Shown here in pieces: positions 48,379 to 60,083 of a stretch of DNA of 64,000 nt. The stretch's first letter is position 1. Every line of letters begins with the position of its first letter. Made by a program: the position numbers and the translations under genes. Source of the stretch: Blepharisma stoltei ATCC 30299 (taxonomy: Eukaryota > Protista > Ciliophora); assembly GCA_965603825.1 (NCBI GenBank), contig CBFDEM010000036.1:372001-436000 (forward strand), in the 5' to 3' direction. The notes beneath the pieces were generated by a model. The model made no database searches and was not told the origin of the DNA. It saw only the letters and a list, made by a program, of their open reading frames with translations.

Positions 48379-49797
48379 TTAAACAAATATAGTTGTTGAA
48401 TTTGCAGGAATCATTGGAATCAGCCCAGAGAACTTCGGTCTGCTTGCAGGGTTTTGCTGAAGCATTGAGGCAAGAATGTCTTTAAACCAATCATCGTATT
48501 TCAAACTTCTTATGATTTCCAGGATTTCTCCATATCTTTGACCGCTGAGACCTCCAATGTACTGCAAAGAAGCCATTTCAAGTAATGTTAATCCTAAAGA
48601 AAAAACATCAGATTTTAAAGGATCATATAAGAATTCTTCATTTCTCCGCCCTTCTCTTCTTGAATCTAATTCAGCCTGCAATTCAGGCGAGAAATAATTT
48701 TTGGTTCCTATTAAAGTGTCAGCTCGGGCACTAGTCAAGTCTCTATATTTTTCATCTAATGTATATGATGCATCGAAGTCAATGATTTTTGGGGTCCTTC
48801 CTGATAAAAGAATATTTTCAGGCTTAATGTCTCTATGAAATATACTAAGCCTTGACATATAGGTAAAGCCTTCAATCAAAGTTTTAGTATAACTAGTCAT
48901 TTCTTCAGGAGAGTAGCGAAGCCCTTTTAACGCTCGGTTGGCAATATCCTTTCTCAAATCTGTTGTGCAGTGTTCAACTACAATATTATATCTGTGCATT
49001 TGACCCTCCATATCAAAGAATGCTCCATAAAATTTGAGGAAGCAGCTCATATTTCCACTTAGCCTTGCATAGATATTAGCCTCCTTGGTAAATTTCTCAA
49101 GAGTTCTTTGATCATCTGCTGTGTAACTTTTAACAATAACCTGAACTCTCTCATTTCCTTTTTCAAAGTATTTATGGGAAATCGTTACACAATAATCATT
49201 CTTTGGGTTTCTAGATTTAATTCCTCCGGCGTCAGAAAGTTGGCTCATGCTGCTTATGAATTGTGATGCAAGTTGAGTTTTTGATTCTTCACAAGGAAAC
49301 ATTAGACAGTCAGAGTATTCAACTTTGAGCTCTTCAACTTTTTCAGCAATGGATTTTTCGAATTGAAGCGAACATAAAGAGCTGACTGCTTCTCCTGCTT
49401 TTGATCTGTCTTGCTCTTGGCGAATTCGATTAGTCAGCAGCGATCCAATTATATTTGTTAAGGAGCTAAGGGGATCAATTGAGTTTAGCTGGCAAATATC
49501 TTTAAGTGCGTTTGAGAGAGCCGTGATTTCAAGACCGGATGCTTCAGCATAAAGAAATTTTTTAATTGATGCTTGCAATGCATTCGATATTAAATTAAAA
49601 GCGTCCATATATCCACTTTCTCTTAAAGACACCGCAATTGGAACCCAGGCCAGTGTTTCTTGCTTATTTGCCGCTTTTAATATTGACATCAGAACTTGCC
49701 TGGCGATATCCATCGCTTCAAAATTTTTTTCTAAAGTTCCTTGTGAGCTACTTTTAAGAGCATTTACCAATTCAACAATATTAGCTACCTGAGCCAT
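48379..49797 (-). CDS. Divergent Ser/Thr protein kinase with helical N-terminal extension
   Basis: VIVK, HRDIKPENIL, KIIDFD, GTKNYFSPE, KSDVFSLG. Confidence 0.88.
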   Translation of the reverse strand: MAQVANIVELVNALKSSSQGTLEKNFEAMDIARQVLMSILKAANKQETLAWVPIAVSLRESGYMDAFNLISNALQASIKKFLYAEASGLEITALSNALKDICQLNSIDPLSSLTNIIGSLLTNRIRQEQDRSKAGEAVSSLCSLQFEKSIAEKVEELKVEYSDCLMFPCEESKTQLASQFISSMSQLSDAGGIKSRNPKNDYCVTISHKYFEKGNERVQVIVKSYTADDQRTLEKFTKEANIYARLSGNMSCFLKFYGAFFDMEGQMHRYNIVVEHCTTDLRKDIANRALKGLRYSPEEMTSYTKTLIEGFTYMSRLSIFHRDIKPENILLSGRTPKIIDFDASYTLDEKYRDLTSARADTLIGTKNYFSPELQAELDSRREGRRNEEFLYDPLKSDVFSLGLTLLEMASLQYIGGLSGQRYGEILEIIRSLKYDDWFKDILASMLQQNPASRPKFSGLIPMIPANSTTIFV

Positions 49798-49855
49798 TTT
49801 ATATTCTATAATTTTTTCTTTTAGCTTATTATTTACTAATTAAATTAATTGAAAA

Positions 49856-51391
49856 TTAAAAACACGAAAAGCATGATGATCTATCTTTTTCCTTCTTCGG
49901 CTCTATAATTTTCTGGTTTTCTGAAGTTTGAGTCGACGTATCAGCCTTGCTTATTCCAATAGGGTTATATGGAGGCTCTCTTGAGTCTCTGACGTTTCCT
50001 TCGGTATAACAGTTTTCTCCAATCATTTTCATTTCTTCATATAAATTCGACGAAGGCTCAATGTTTTCTTCATCCAAGACAGAATCTCTTTTTCCTTGTG
50101 CATAAAGCTGGGCTTCTTTCAGGCGAAAAATCAAATTTTTATTTTCTGATCTGACTGAATCCAGGTCTTCCCTCAGCTTGACTTCTTGTGCATTTGCCTT
50201 TCTCAACTCATTTTCAAGGCGTTTGATTCTTTCATCTTTACTTTTAAGCTTCGAGGCACTGGTATCGTTGAACCCTTTAACCTCCTCTTTGGCTACATTT
50301 CTTGGTGATAGCATTGGCGCAACCTTTGTGGTTGGCATGCTTTGTCGATAGTCTTTCATTCCCTGCTGTTTTTTCATATCTTCAGCAGCTTTTCCAATGG
50401 TTCCTCTGATTTCTTGGATTTTCTTCATGCTATTTAGCCTTCTCAATTCTTTTTCAAGCTGAGAAATTGCTTTTTCTTTCTCCGAAATGTCTCTTTTAAT
50501 CTTTTCCATCTGGTTTAGAGATTCCTCTTTTGTCTGCTCTGCTTGCCTTAGTCTATATTGCAAGGTTTGCTTTTGGGCTAAGGTTTGTGAATGTAGAGCT
50601 CGTGTCTCTTTTGACTCAACTTCAAGCTCATCAAGCTGTGATAGCAAAATTTTATTAGAATCTTCTAGTCTTTCACAGTGCTGCTTTAATGAGTCAAATG
50701 CTAATTGTGATTCCCTTAATTTATTTTTTGCATTTTTTGAAGAATCTTCATGATATTGTAAAGCATCTCTAACTAAATTTAATAAATGGCTGCAGCCAGA
50801 TGACACATTTCATAACGTTGACTGATTCTCTTGTCTTGCTTTAATTTGAAGTTTGCTTAAAAGTCCAGCCAAAGTGTCCATAAGTTCTTCAGGGGTTTGA
50901 GCTTCATTTGGGATCATTGATGTATAAGGCAGTTTTAAAGCGTTATTGAAGTCCATAATGGACTCTTGCAGCCCAGAATACAGAAATATCATGGTATCTG
51001 TATCGTTTCCTTCTTGGGATTTATAAGTCCTCAACTCTCGTACATATCTTCCAATATCATTTTCACCATCACTATCTGCTTGTGCTGGAGATTTGCTTAA
51101 ATTTGTTGCTTGGAAATCTTGTTTAAACTGCTCAAGAAGAAATGGAAAATCGATGATTCCTTTGCAGAATTCTTCGAACGAAACGGTGTCTTTATTAGAA
51201 AAATTTCCGGCAGATTCTTTAAACGCTAAGAATAATGCTTCCACTTCTTCGTCTCGCTCTAGGCCGCTGGACATCTTTAGATCTTCTCGGCTGCATTAAT
51301 TTTACCTGATTTTGCCATCTTGATCATAGTCGCTTCATTCAAAAGCTTGTTTTAAGACTTCAAGTGAGCTATCATCTAGTTCCCACTCCAT
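49856..51391 (-). CDS. EF-hand plus coiled-coil protein with C-terminal Cys motif (CFSCF)
   Basis: DYDQDGKISREDL EF-hand formed after removing intron 51291-51305; TGA=W at 51335 and 50810. Confidence 0.78.
51291..51305 (-). other. 15-nt intron GTAAAATTAATGCAG
   Basis: Contains an in-frame TAA; removal restores a canonical EF-hand loop. Confidence 0.9.
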
Positions 51392-51520
51392 TTTATATGC
51401 GTTTATAATCTTCAAGTAAACTAATTTCAGTTTGCAGTCTTTTTAGTATAAAAATAAAAACAGATATTAACGCTATGATCAAAAATGAAATTAATGAGTA
51501 GCTTCGTCTTAATTATCTAA

Positions 51521-52237
51521 TTATTTCTTTTTTCCAAATGGATTCGCCCAAACCTTCTTCGGAGGAGATATGACAAAGACTTCTTTAAAGTACATTCTGA
51601 ATCCAGCTGAAGAAAGAAGATTTCCCATTTCAAACTCGCACATTGCTCTCACAAACTCAGCCTCATCAATAACCTTGAGAGTTTTATCAGCTATAAGCCC
51701 ATCAGAAATTTTCTTAATTGCGTCAGCTTCAATCTGTCTGAGCTCGTCCAAATATTTTTTATTTTTCAGCTCAAGCGATTCAGAGCACTGTGCTGGGGTG
51801 ACCAGGTTTCCAAGGCTATTAACACAATGTTCGAACATAGATTTTAGTATCTGATTTCTTATTCTACTGACTTCAATAGCGCCTTCTGATATTTCATCAA
51901 AAACCTGGAATAGCAAGCTCGCTTTTTCTTGATGACTTCCTTTTCCTAGCAAAATGCCTATAATAAGCAGGTCTTTTAAGAAATATTCTCCTTCTTGTTT
52001 TCTCAGGTTATAAAACATTTCGTTAATTTTGGTATGAGGACCATAGTCAACTATATTGATTTTGAGCTGTTTTGCAATTCTTTTGAGCTGGGTTTGATTG
52101 ATTCTTCCCATGTGGCTAAACTTTCTGAATGTGTTGTCTATTAGATTCACGTTGAGGTCTTGGAATCCTAAGCCTTCTTCGGCGAGAGATATTATTACTT
52201 CTTCGGAAGATCTTGGTCTTGATTTTGCACAACCCAT
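51521..52237 (-). CDS. N-acylated (MGC) degenerate EF-hand protein, calcineurin-B/NCS-like
   Basis: MGCAKS start; LLGKGS..EKA.LLF.VFD...G.I motif. Confidence 0.7.
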   Translation of the reverse strand: MGCAKSRPRSSEEVIISLAEEGLGFQDLNVNLIDNTFRKFSHMGRINQTQLKRIAKQLKINIVDYGPHTKINEMFYNLRKQEGEYFLKDLLIIGILLGKGSHQEKASLLFQVFDEISEGAIEVSRIRNQILKSMFEHCVNSLGNLVTPAQCSESLELKNKKYLDELRQIEADAIKKISDGLIADKTLKVIDEAEFVRAMCEFEMGNLLSSAGFRMYFKEVFVISPPKKVWANPFGKKK

Positions 52238-52516
52238 TTTTAACGAATTATTAGAGAATAAAAAACAGACTAATTTAAAACGTATCTATATAAAAACTTA
52301 TTGGTTTATGTGAAAAGGATAAAGCATATAAAATCTTGACGATTAATATAAATTCAAATCTTATTAATTTTTAAAAAATTAGTAAAAGCTACGAATTATA
52401 AATTAAGTTTTGAACCACTCAGCATGTATTAAATCTAGCTTACATATAATTAATTAAATGATACCATAATTTTAATATGACAACTATAAAATCGTTTAAT
52501 AATAGCCAAACTAATT

Positions 52517-53125
52517 TTATGTTGATCTTGCAGTATAAAAAGATGCACCACCAATTGACGAGTCTCCACTAGATCCATTGATGGAATGCCATTCTCTTTC
52601 ATTTTCAAACTCAATCCTATTATCAGGCTCGAATTTTTTCATAATTTTTGATGAGACTTGGACAATCGAATAGCAGGTTATCACTCCTTCTATAAGAATG
52701 AAGCCAATTACAAAAAAGGATTGAATTTGGGCTTTTACTGCTGCCAGACTATTTCACACAATAGCAGCCATAATCATAAGCTGGGAAACCTGATGTGTAA
52801 CCAATTGGCATAAATATAGCGTTTTTGAGTATTCGAAGGGGACAAAACTATTAAGTGATTCTGACCGTATAGGGCTTAGTCCCAGTAAAATGTATAGTAA
52901 AAGACAAAAGAAGTAAGCCATGTATAAGTAACTTTCGATAAGCAAAGATTGAGCTTTGTCAAAAGTTATTATAACTCCAAGCACAATAAAATACCCCAAG
53001 TCTAAGCACAGGCCAATGATAAAGAGTCAAAATATACCCTTTTCTTCCAAATTAACAGTGGCAAGATAAAATATGCTTACAAATAATCTGCAAATTCCTA
53101 AAATAATCTTCAGATATGATGCCAT
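52517..53125 (-). CDS. Small multi-pass membrane protein
   Basis: ATG 53125 in frame via TGA 53027 and 52754 to TAA 52517-52519; about five hydrophobic segments. Confidence 0.65.
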
Positions 53126-53695
53126 TCGTATTGTTGTATAATTGCAAAGAAATGTTAATTTTCTATTTTATTTAGAGTTATAATATGACTTTAACCTCTA
53201 TACATGAGAAGGAAAAAAGTTTACTCACAAAAGGCTTAAAAAAAGCAGAAGAGAGATTTTATTAAATTCTATTTTTAGAGCTTTATAAATACCTGCACAT
53301 CTTTAGTTCTAACTATATGTAATGAAGTAAGACTTAATATATTTTTTAATTAATAACTTTTTTCTTTTTGAGCTTCTTTACATAATGATCTTCATGAAAA
53401 TTATTTTAATTAAGATATTTTCTTTCTTAGTAATTTAATTATATTATTTATATATACATTTAGTTTTTATATAAATTTCTCATTTTCTCCTATATTGCAA
53501 ACATCTGATTAATAAAAAAAATATTAATTTGTGTTTTACTTGGGAAATCTTCCAGTATTTCTAAACTTGATATAATTTTTTCTTCTTTTGCTTTAGTTTA
53601 AAATCTAAAATTTAAATGATAACTGCTTCCAAAAAATTTATAAACTAACTCGTTTTTTTTTGGCTTAGTCAATTGTTGTTTTAATTTAATCTTAC

Positions 53696-54421
53696 TTATC
53701 TATCTGTCACAGAAGATGATTGCTTCTTTGAGATTGCACTTTCTAGCTCAGAAATAGCATCCTTTTGTATTAATTGAGTATGCTGCAAGCGCCTTATCAA
53801 TTCCATTTCCAGCAACTCCATTTCCATGACTTTTTGTTCCAGTTCTTTCTTCGCTGCTTCTTCTTGCTTTATTCTTCTCAAATAGTCTTCTTTGTTTTCT
53901 TCACCTCTGATTTCTTCTCGTTTTTTAATTTTAATTTTATGATGATTTTCTTCAACTTTGATTTTCAATGCATTTTGGTGATTTTCTTCTCGAATAGAAT
54001 TAATGATGTCTCTTTTTTGCTTCATACTAAACTCCCTTCATTCTCTTCCGCTCTTGTAAGCAACTTTTTTATCGCTTCATAATTCTTCTTTCCTCTTTTC
54101 TTTGCCGATGCTTCTATGAAATTTAAGTTTTTGAATCTGTTCTTGAGCTTTAATGCGGTTTTGTTCTCGGATCATTCTTATGCTTTCTCTTTCTTTTAGC
54201 TGGTTTTCTTTACGTTTTTTTATTTCTTCAATTTGGATTTTTCTTTTTTTGGCTTCCTCGATCTTTTTTCATGTTCGTTCTTCTTCCATTTGGAGAAGCT
54301 TTATTCTATTTGATAGGAGATTTGCGTCTTGTTGGAGCTGTCGGCGTTGTTTTTTGACATCGGAAAGAGTACCAGAAATTGCAGTTGATGCATTTGAAAG
54401 ATCAGGTATGTTACTAGTCAT
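53696..54421 (-). CDS. Coiled-coil hypothetical protein (LL.NRI.LLQ.EE motif)
   Basis: Two ORFs in one frame joined through three TGA codons. Confidence 0.72.
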
Positions 54422-54754
54422 ATTAAGCGAAAAATTAAAAAGTGCTGATTGTGGGTTGTGAATAATCAAAATGGTATTCACTCAAATCAGAATAGGCTTA
54501 TCTTGTATTTATTAACATTATAGATTTAGTATGCATAGCAAATGTTTTTGAAACTTTGTCTCAAGTATTAATATCAGAAGCATATGAAAGGATTTCTTTT
54601 TGTTCTCAAAGGACTTATCTAAGAAACGTTATTAAAAAGATAAAATTAGCACAAATAATTTTATATGTTAATTTCAACATTTATCTTATTGAATGGTCCT
54701 GAATAGCAAAGAACAAAGCTTGGACGAAAATGAAAATATTTAATCTATAATAAA

Positions 54755-55228
54755 ATGAGCCAAGAATCAATATCAATTGGCCAAAAGTCACGATCTCCTC
54801 TAAAAGAAATAAAACTGCCAGAGCTGGCCAGATCGCCAACCGTAAAACATAAAAGAGGATACTCTATATTTAAAGAGTCCATCATACATCTTCTTAGGCA
54901 AAAGCCAATTCCTCCTTGGAAGCAGTTGGATGGCATAAAGCCAAGCGGATACTAGGGTAACGGGCCTAATTTCACCGATCTCTGGTCTACAAAAGAGAAA
55001 ATTAAGGCCATGAAGTTGCTTAATCCAAGTTCAATAAAAAGTAAAGTTGCTAAGGTATTTTATTCAAGTGAATGCTTGCGCAGGAAAAAGTCTTTTGATC
55101 AAAAATTCCTCAAAAGATTGCCACTGCTAACCGAAGAAAGCTGAAACCACGAAAGACATACATATTCACCAACCAAGTATCAAACCGCTAGAAGTCTCAT
55201 AAAAGTAAGCTCTGGGCTTCTTATTTAA
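54755..55228 (+). CDS. Hypothetical protein interrupted by an in-frame TAG (possible pseudogene or base error)
   Basis: Frame stays open about 90 codons past TAG 54953-54955 to TAA 55226-55228; no GT-AG 15/16-mer covers the TAG. Confidence 0.45.
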
Positions 55229-55276
55229 TTTAAAGTTTATTAATTATTTCCTTTTAATTTTATAAATCGAATTTAA

Positions 55277-55711
55277 ATGGCAACTTGCGACGGCAATCAA
55301 GCATCACCCCTTGAAGTGATCAAAGATATAAAAATGCGAGCTATAGATGCTATAGGAAGCATAAAAGACCCTGACCACACCGAGTCGCTAAGAGAGCTTG
55401 GAGTTGTCTCTGAAGAAGAAATTCAAGTTGAAGAAATAAGCGGAGGATATTCAGCTTTAATCAGGTGGAAGCCCAACTGTTATACATGCCCTCATGCAAG
55501 CAATATGGCATTATGTATGAGATATAAATTGCAAGAGGCTTTCAACAACAATGAAAACATAAAAATTGATATTCTTCTCAAAGACGATGGGCATTCTACC
55601 AAATATGACAGTAATTATTATGTAGTTGATAAACAAGTTAATGATAAGGAAAGAGTGGCAGCTGCACTAGAAAAAAAAGAAGTCGTCGATATGATTAAAG
55701 AAAGTACTTAA
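55277..55711 (+). CDS. CIA2: Cytosolic Fe-S assembly component CIA2/MIP18 (FAM96-like)
   Basis: I.DPDH..SL.ELGVV, P....C, KQVNDKERVAAALE. Confidence 0.88.
   Translation: MATCDGNQASPLEVIKDIKMRAIDAIGSIKDPDHTESLRELGVVSEEEIQVEEISGGYSALIRWKPNCYTCPHASNMALCMRYKLQEAFNNNENIKIDILLKDDGHSTKYDSNYYVVDKQVNDKERVAAALEKKEVVDMIKEST
55611..55625 (+). other. In-frame 15-nt intron GTAATTATTATGTAG
   Basis: Removal gives HSTKYDIDKQVNDKER, restoring the usual CIA2 spacing. Confidence 0.8.
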
Positions 55712-55999
55712 CTTTCGAGCCAACTAAAGAATAATCAATTATTATATGATAAATCGAGGTTTACTCTCTTTCAAAATATTTTGATTCTAGGAAATATTCT
55801 CCATTTATAGACTTAATTCTGACACTTATTGTGGCATTTATCTTTGTATATAAACTTTTTTAGCTAAAAGAATAAAAAAATTGGTAATTATACCAAACAG
55901 ATTATAAGAGATTTGACACAGATGCTAACATTTTTATCTTTCTTATATAAATATTAGAACACTTTTAAATTTATTTTATAAAAGACTGAATATAATTTA

Positions 56000-57649
56000 T
56001 TAATTTGCATACTGCTTCCCGAATGACTGAAGTACAGCAATAAGCCCACTAAGTAATATAGCAATTATTTTTGTAAATAAAGCTGAGTCTGTTCTAATCC
56101 ACATTATTTTTACTGGCCTTAGGGCTTCATCTTGCTTTAATTTTTTAACTACAAAGTTTAAAAGCCTTAGTGATGCCAGAGGTGAAATTTCATTGTCAGA
56201 GTATCCATTTTCTTTCATGATATTTCCTATTATATTTAATAATAAATCTTTATGAATGCCAAATGCTTCATTTGATTCAATACCTAAAAAAACCATATAT
56301 GTCACAACTCCTAAGCATAATAAAGTAAGATATAGAAGCGAAATTAAGGCACCACTTGAAGCACCACCTATAATCCCAAAAATTTGCAAAAAATAAATTA
56401 AAATCATAGTAATAGACAGAGGCAAGACAAGAGAGATGTATGCAAACACCCGAGCTGTATACTTTCGGCCAAAATCAAGAAGTGCAACTCTCAATGAATA
56501 CCAAGACTCAATAGTTCTTGGATCTCGCATATCCAATACAGGGATGTCATTTAGATAAGTAATCGTATGCTTTATTTCTAAGTCACTGATCATTGCAGTG
56601 CATTCATCCATAAGTAGTTTTTTCCTTCTGATATCACATATGCCAATGTAAATGAACGTCAAAAAGCCTCAAACTTCTCATAGAGAAAATAAACCACTTA
56701 TAACTGCAAATAAAATAAATAAAGGGTTGTTATCATTTGCGAAGCTTCCATAAATCCAATATTTTGCAATAAAAGGTAAAATTGTGTAGATTAGTGATAA
56801 TAAAATTGTAAAACGCATACACCATTTACTAATTACATCTTCTGATATTTGTTTTACATATAAGCTTGCTATGACTATAAGAGGATAGCACTGAGTATTT
56901 TTGCAGTGTGATGAATTATCATGAAAAATTTCAACTCCACTTTTTTCGATAAGGTCAGTAAGGTACTTATGGCAACTATCTCCTAAAGGAGTCTCGAAAG
57001 AGACACAAAGTTCATAAGGAGACTTGCTCTGCCTTATAAAGCTTTTCTCCAACTCCCAATCAATTACTTCTTGCGGTATATTAAGTCAGGAACGCATAAT
57101 AAATTCTTTTCTAAGAATTTCTCTGTCGATTGTCTTTTCTTTCATTTCTTTTCATCTTTTTTCACTATAAAATCCGTATTTAATAGAAAGCAGAAGCGTC
57201 TTCAATCCGACAATTGCTGCACTACAGAATACAAGCCCTATTCATTCATGAGCTTGCTCAGGGTTTACAAAGCAAAATACAAATGTTATAATAGTTCACA
57301 TGAACGAAAAAAACTCAAGTAAATACAGCCGACTAAAGCAAAAGCTCATATTTGAACACAAGCAATATCCGAAAACTAGATAAAGTAGAGGCAGAATAAA
57401 TGGCCCAAAGAAAATATGTGAAAAGTGGATTGCTACGGCGATAAAAAAATGACTCCAATGGAATTCAATTTTATATTGAGTGTCTTCGTCAAGTGATTTC
57501 ATTATTTTAAATTGAGACAATTTGGTTGGATTTCTATAAGAGCTAAATAGCGTAAGAGTGCTTCTTTTTCCTGACTGAAAGAACGAATCGGTTTCAAATT
57601 CTCTAGAGTTTGCACTAATGGGAGCTATTTGTAAACTGTTGTTTGCCAT
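56000..57649 (-). CDS. PHTF-like / 7TM ion-channel (gustatory-receptor superfamily)-like membrane protein, copy A (549 aa)
   Basis: Single frame through several TGA=W; about seven TM segments; P..D......IESW..LR..L.DFG and C-terminal RPV.I..I..DSAL..KI...L.SG....Q. Confidence 0.7.
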
Positions 57650-58420
57650 TATTTTATTCAGATTTATTGTTGTTAATTAAAATTAATTTAAGTGAATTTC
57701 CAAAATTATTTTAAGAATCAAAATAAAAAATCCGCATCTAATTTGCTATAATATATTGAAAAGAAAAATATAATAATGTTTTTAGGATAATTAATGCAAT
57801 TAAAATGCATTTATATTTTTATATTTTTATAAGCATTGAGCATTGCATAAAATCACTTGCCAAATTTCAAGTGCTTCAGATGGAAATAGAAATAAAAATT
57901 GATTTTCGGAATTATATTTCAATAAATTTTTAAGACTAAAATAATAAAAATGCATTTAAAGATTTTTAAAGAGTAAGAATTTAGAAATTAAGAGACTATT
58001 TTTCTAAAGCTATTGCCCTGCTTTTAGTTCTTTTGAGTAAATAGCTTATTGATATTAAACCTTAAAGAGATTGACTCTTTTTCTTACCATTTAGACTTTT
58101 AAGTGCTCATTTGCAGTTAAATTGGAGAATATAAACAGAGCAGGTAAGAATATTAAGAAAATCCTTTCCTTGCTCAAAAATTTCATAACTAAATGATAGC
58201 AGCCATAAAATTATCATGAACTGCTTTTCACAAAATGTTAATCAATTATGGAAAAATACTGCCGATCTTTATAATAAAGATTAAAATACTAAATAAGGGC
58301 TTATTTCATAGAAATAGCTTGCTTTCAAAACCCAAAATTATTTTCTTGAGCATCCAAAATAGTTATATTGTTTTAACAAATAGAACATTAAATTAAATAA
58401 TAATTTGATTACATTACAAT

Positions 58421-60052
58421 TTAATCCCCTAATAGCATCTGAGCAATTGCTACGAGACCACTTAATAAGACTGTGACTATTTTAGTAAGTAAAGCTGAGT
58501 CAAGCTTGATTCCCATAATCATAACTGGCCTTAAAAGTTCGTCTTGTTCAAGCTTTTGGACTAAATATTTCAATCATTTAGCAGTTACTAAGATATCTTC
58601 ATTTTGTTCTTTATAATCAGAATTTTTCATAATGTGGCCAATGATATTTAAAATTAAATCACGGTGCAGGCCAAATGCTCTATTCAAATATATCCCAGAA
58701 AAAACCATATAGGTAGTAAGAGTTAGTCCAACCATAGTCAGGAACATTACTGATATAAATGCCCCACTTGAAGCCCCTCCCAAAATTCTGAAAGCTTGCA
58801 ATAAAAGAAGTGCGATCATTGCCACTGACGTTGGAAGAACCAAAGAAGAATAAGCAAATATTCGATAAGTATATTTTCTTCCAAAATCCAATGAAGCTAC
58901 TCTCAAGACATACCAGGATTCTATAGTTTTTAAATCATACATATTTCCACTTGGAAACTCTTGATTATATCAAACTGTATCTTTTATATCTAAATCACTA
59001 ATCATAGCTGTACATTCATTCAGCAAGATATTCCTCCTCTTGAAATCCAGCATTCCAATGTATACAAACATGAGCAATCTCCATCCTTCAAATCAGCTTT
59101 CAATTGAGTTTGTCACTGCGAGTGCAATTAAGAGAGCATTACAATCATCTTCATTAAAACCTCCATAAATTCAGCATATCGTTATGAAGGGTAAAGAGGA
59201 ATAAATCATCCCTAGAAGAAAAATCACAAAGATTTCCCCTTTAAAATGAATTTTTTGGTCAGCTTTTCTAATCAACACCCTCCCAAGGACACTTAGAGGG
59301 TAGCATTGGGTATTATTTGTATGAGTGCCAGAGTCATGAGTAGTTTCTATTCCAAGGTCCGACTTAAGATCTGTCAAAAATTTATGGCAGCTTTCTTTTA
59401 TCTCAGCTTCAAACGTAAAGCAAAGCTCACTTGGGCATTTACCGAGTCTTTTAAAACTTTTTTCTAGTTCACTGTCAATAATTGATTCAGGAATATTAAG
59501 CCATGAAATCATAAGATATTCTGAATTTAATGCATCATTATCAAGGACCTCGCTTTTCATTAAATTTCACTTCTTCTCTGAATAGTAACCATATTTTATT
59601 GTAATCAAAGCAGTTTTTAAAACAACAATCGCAAGAGCAGAAACAACAAGCCCTATTCATTTAGAGGCTAAGCTAGGGAAAGCTATACAAAATACGATAT
59701 TTAAAATTGTGCAAATATAGGTAGCAAACTCAAACAAATAGTGCTTTGATCTTTTGAAGTACATGTTTTTACATAAATTTGTTCCGAAAATTTTATAAAT
59801 TGCAGGTATTGATATTGGGCCAATAAATATATGAATAAGATGAATTGCGAGGGAGATCAGAAATTGTTTAAAATGATATTTAAATTCGTATTGAGCATCT
59901 TCATCATGTGTTTTTATCTTTTTGAGTAGAGCTAACTTGCTTACTCTTTTATTCTCTACTGCATTACTGTTCCTCCCTGATGAACTTAAAAGTGTTTCTG
60001 TATCTTTTATGGACTGATCATGTGGAAAAGCCTCAACTACACTATTAGACAT
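58421..60052 (-). CDS. PHTF-like / 7TMIC-like membrane protein, copy B (543 aa)
   Basis: Paralog of A and C over the full length; TAA 58421-58423. Confidence 0.7.
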
Positions 60053-60083
60053 TAATTATAATACTCATTAATTAATACTCTAA

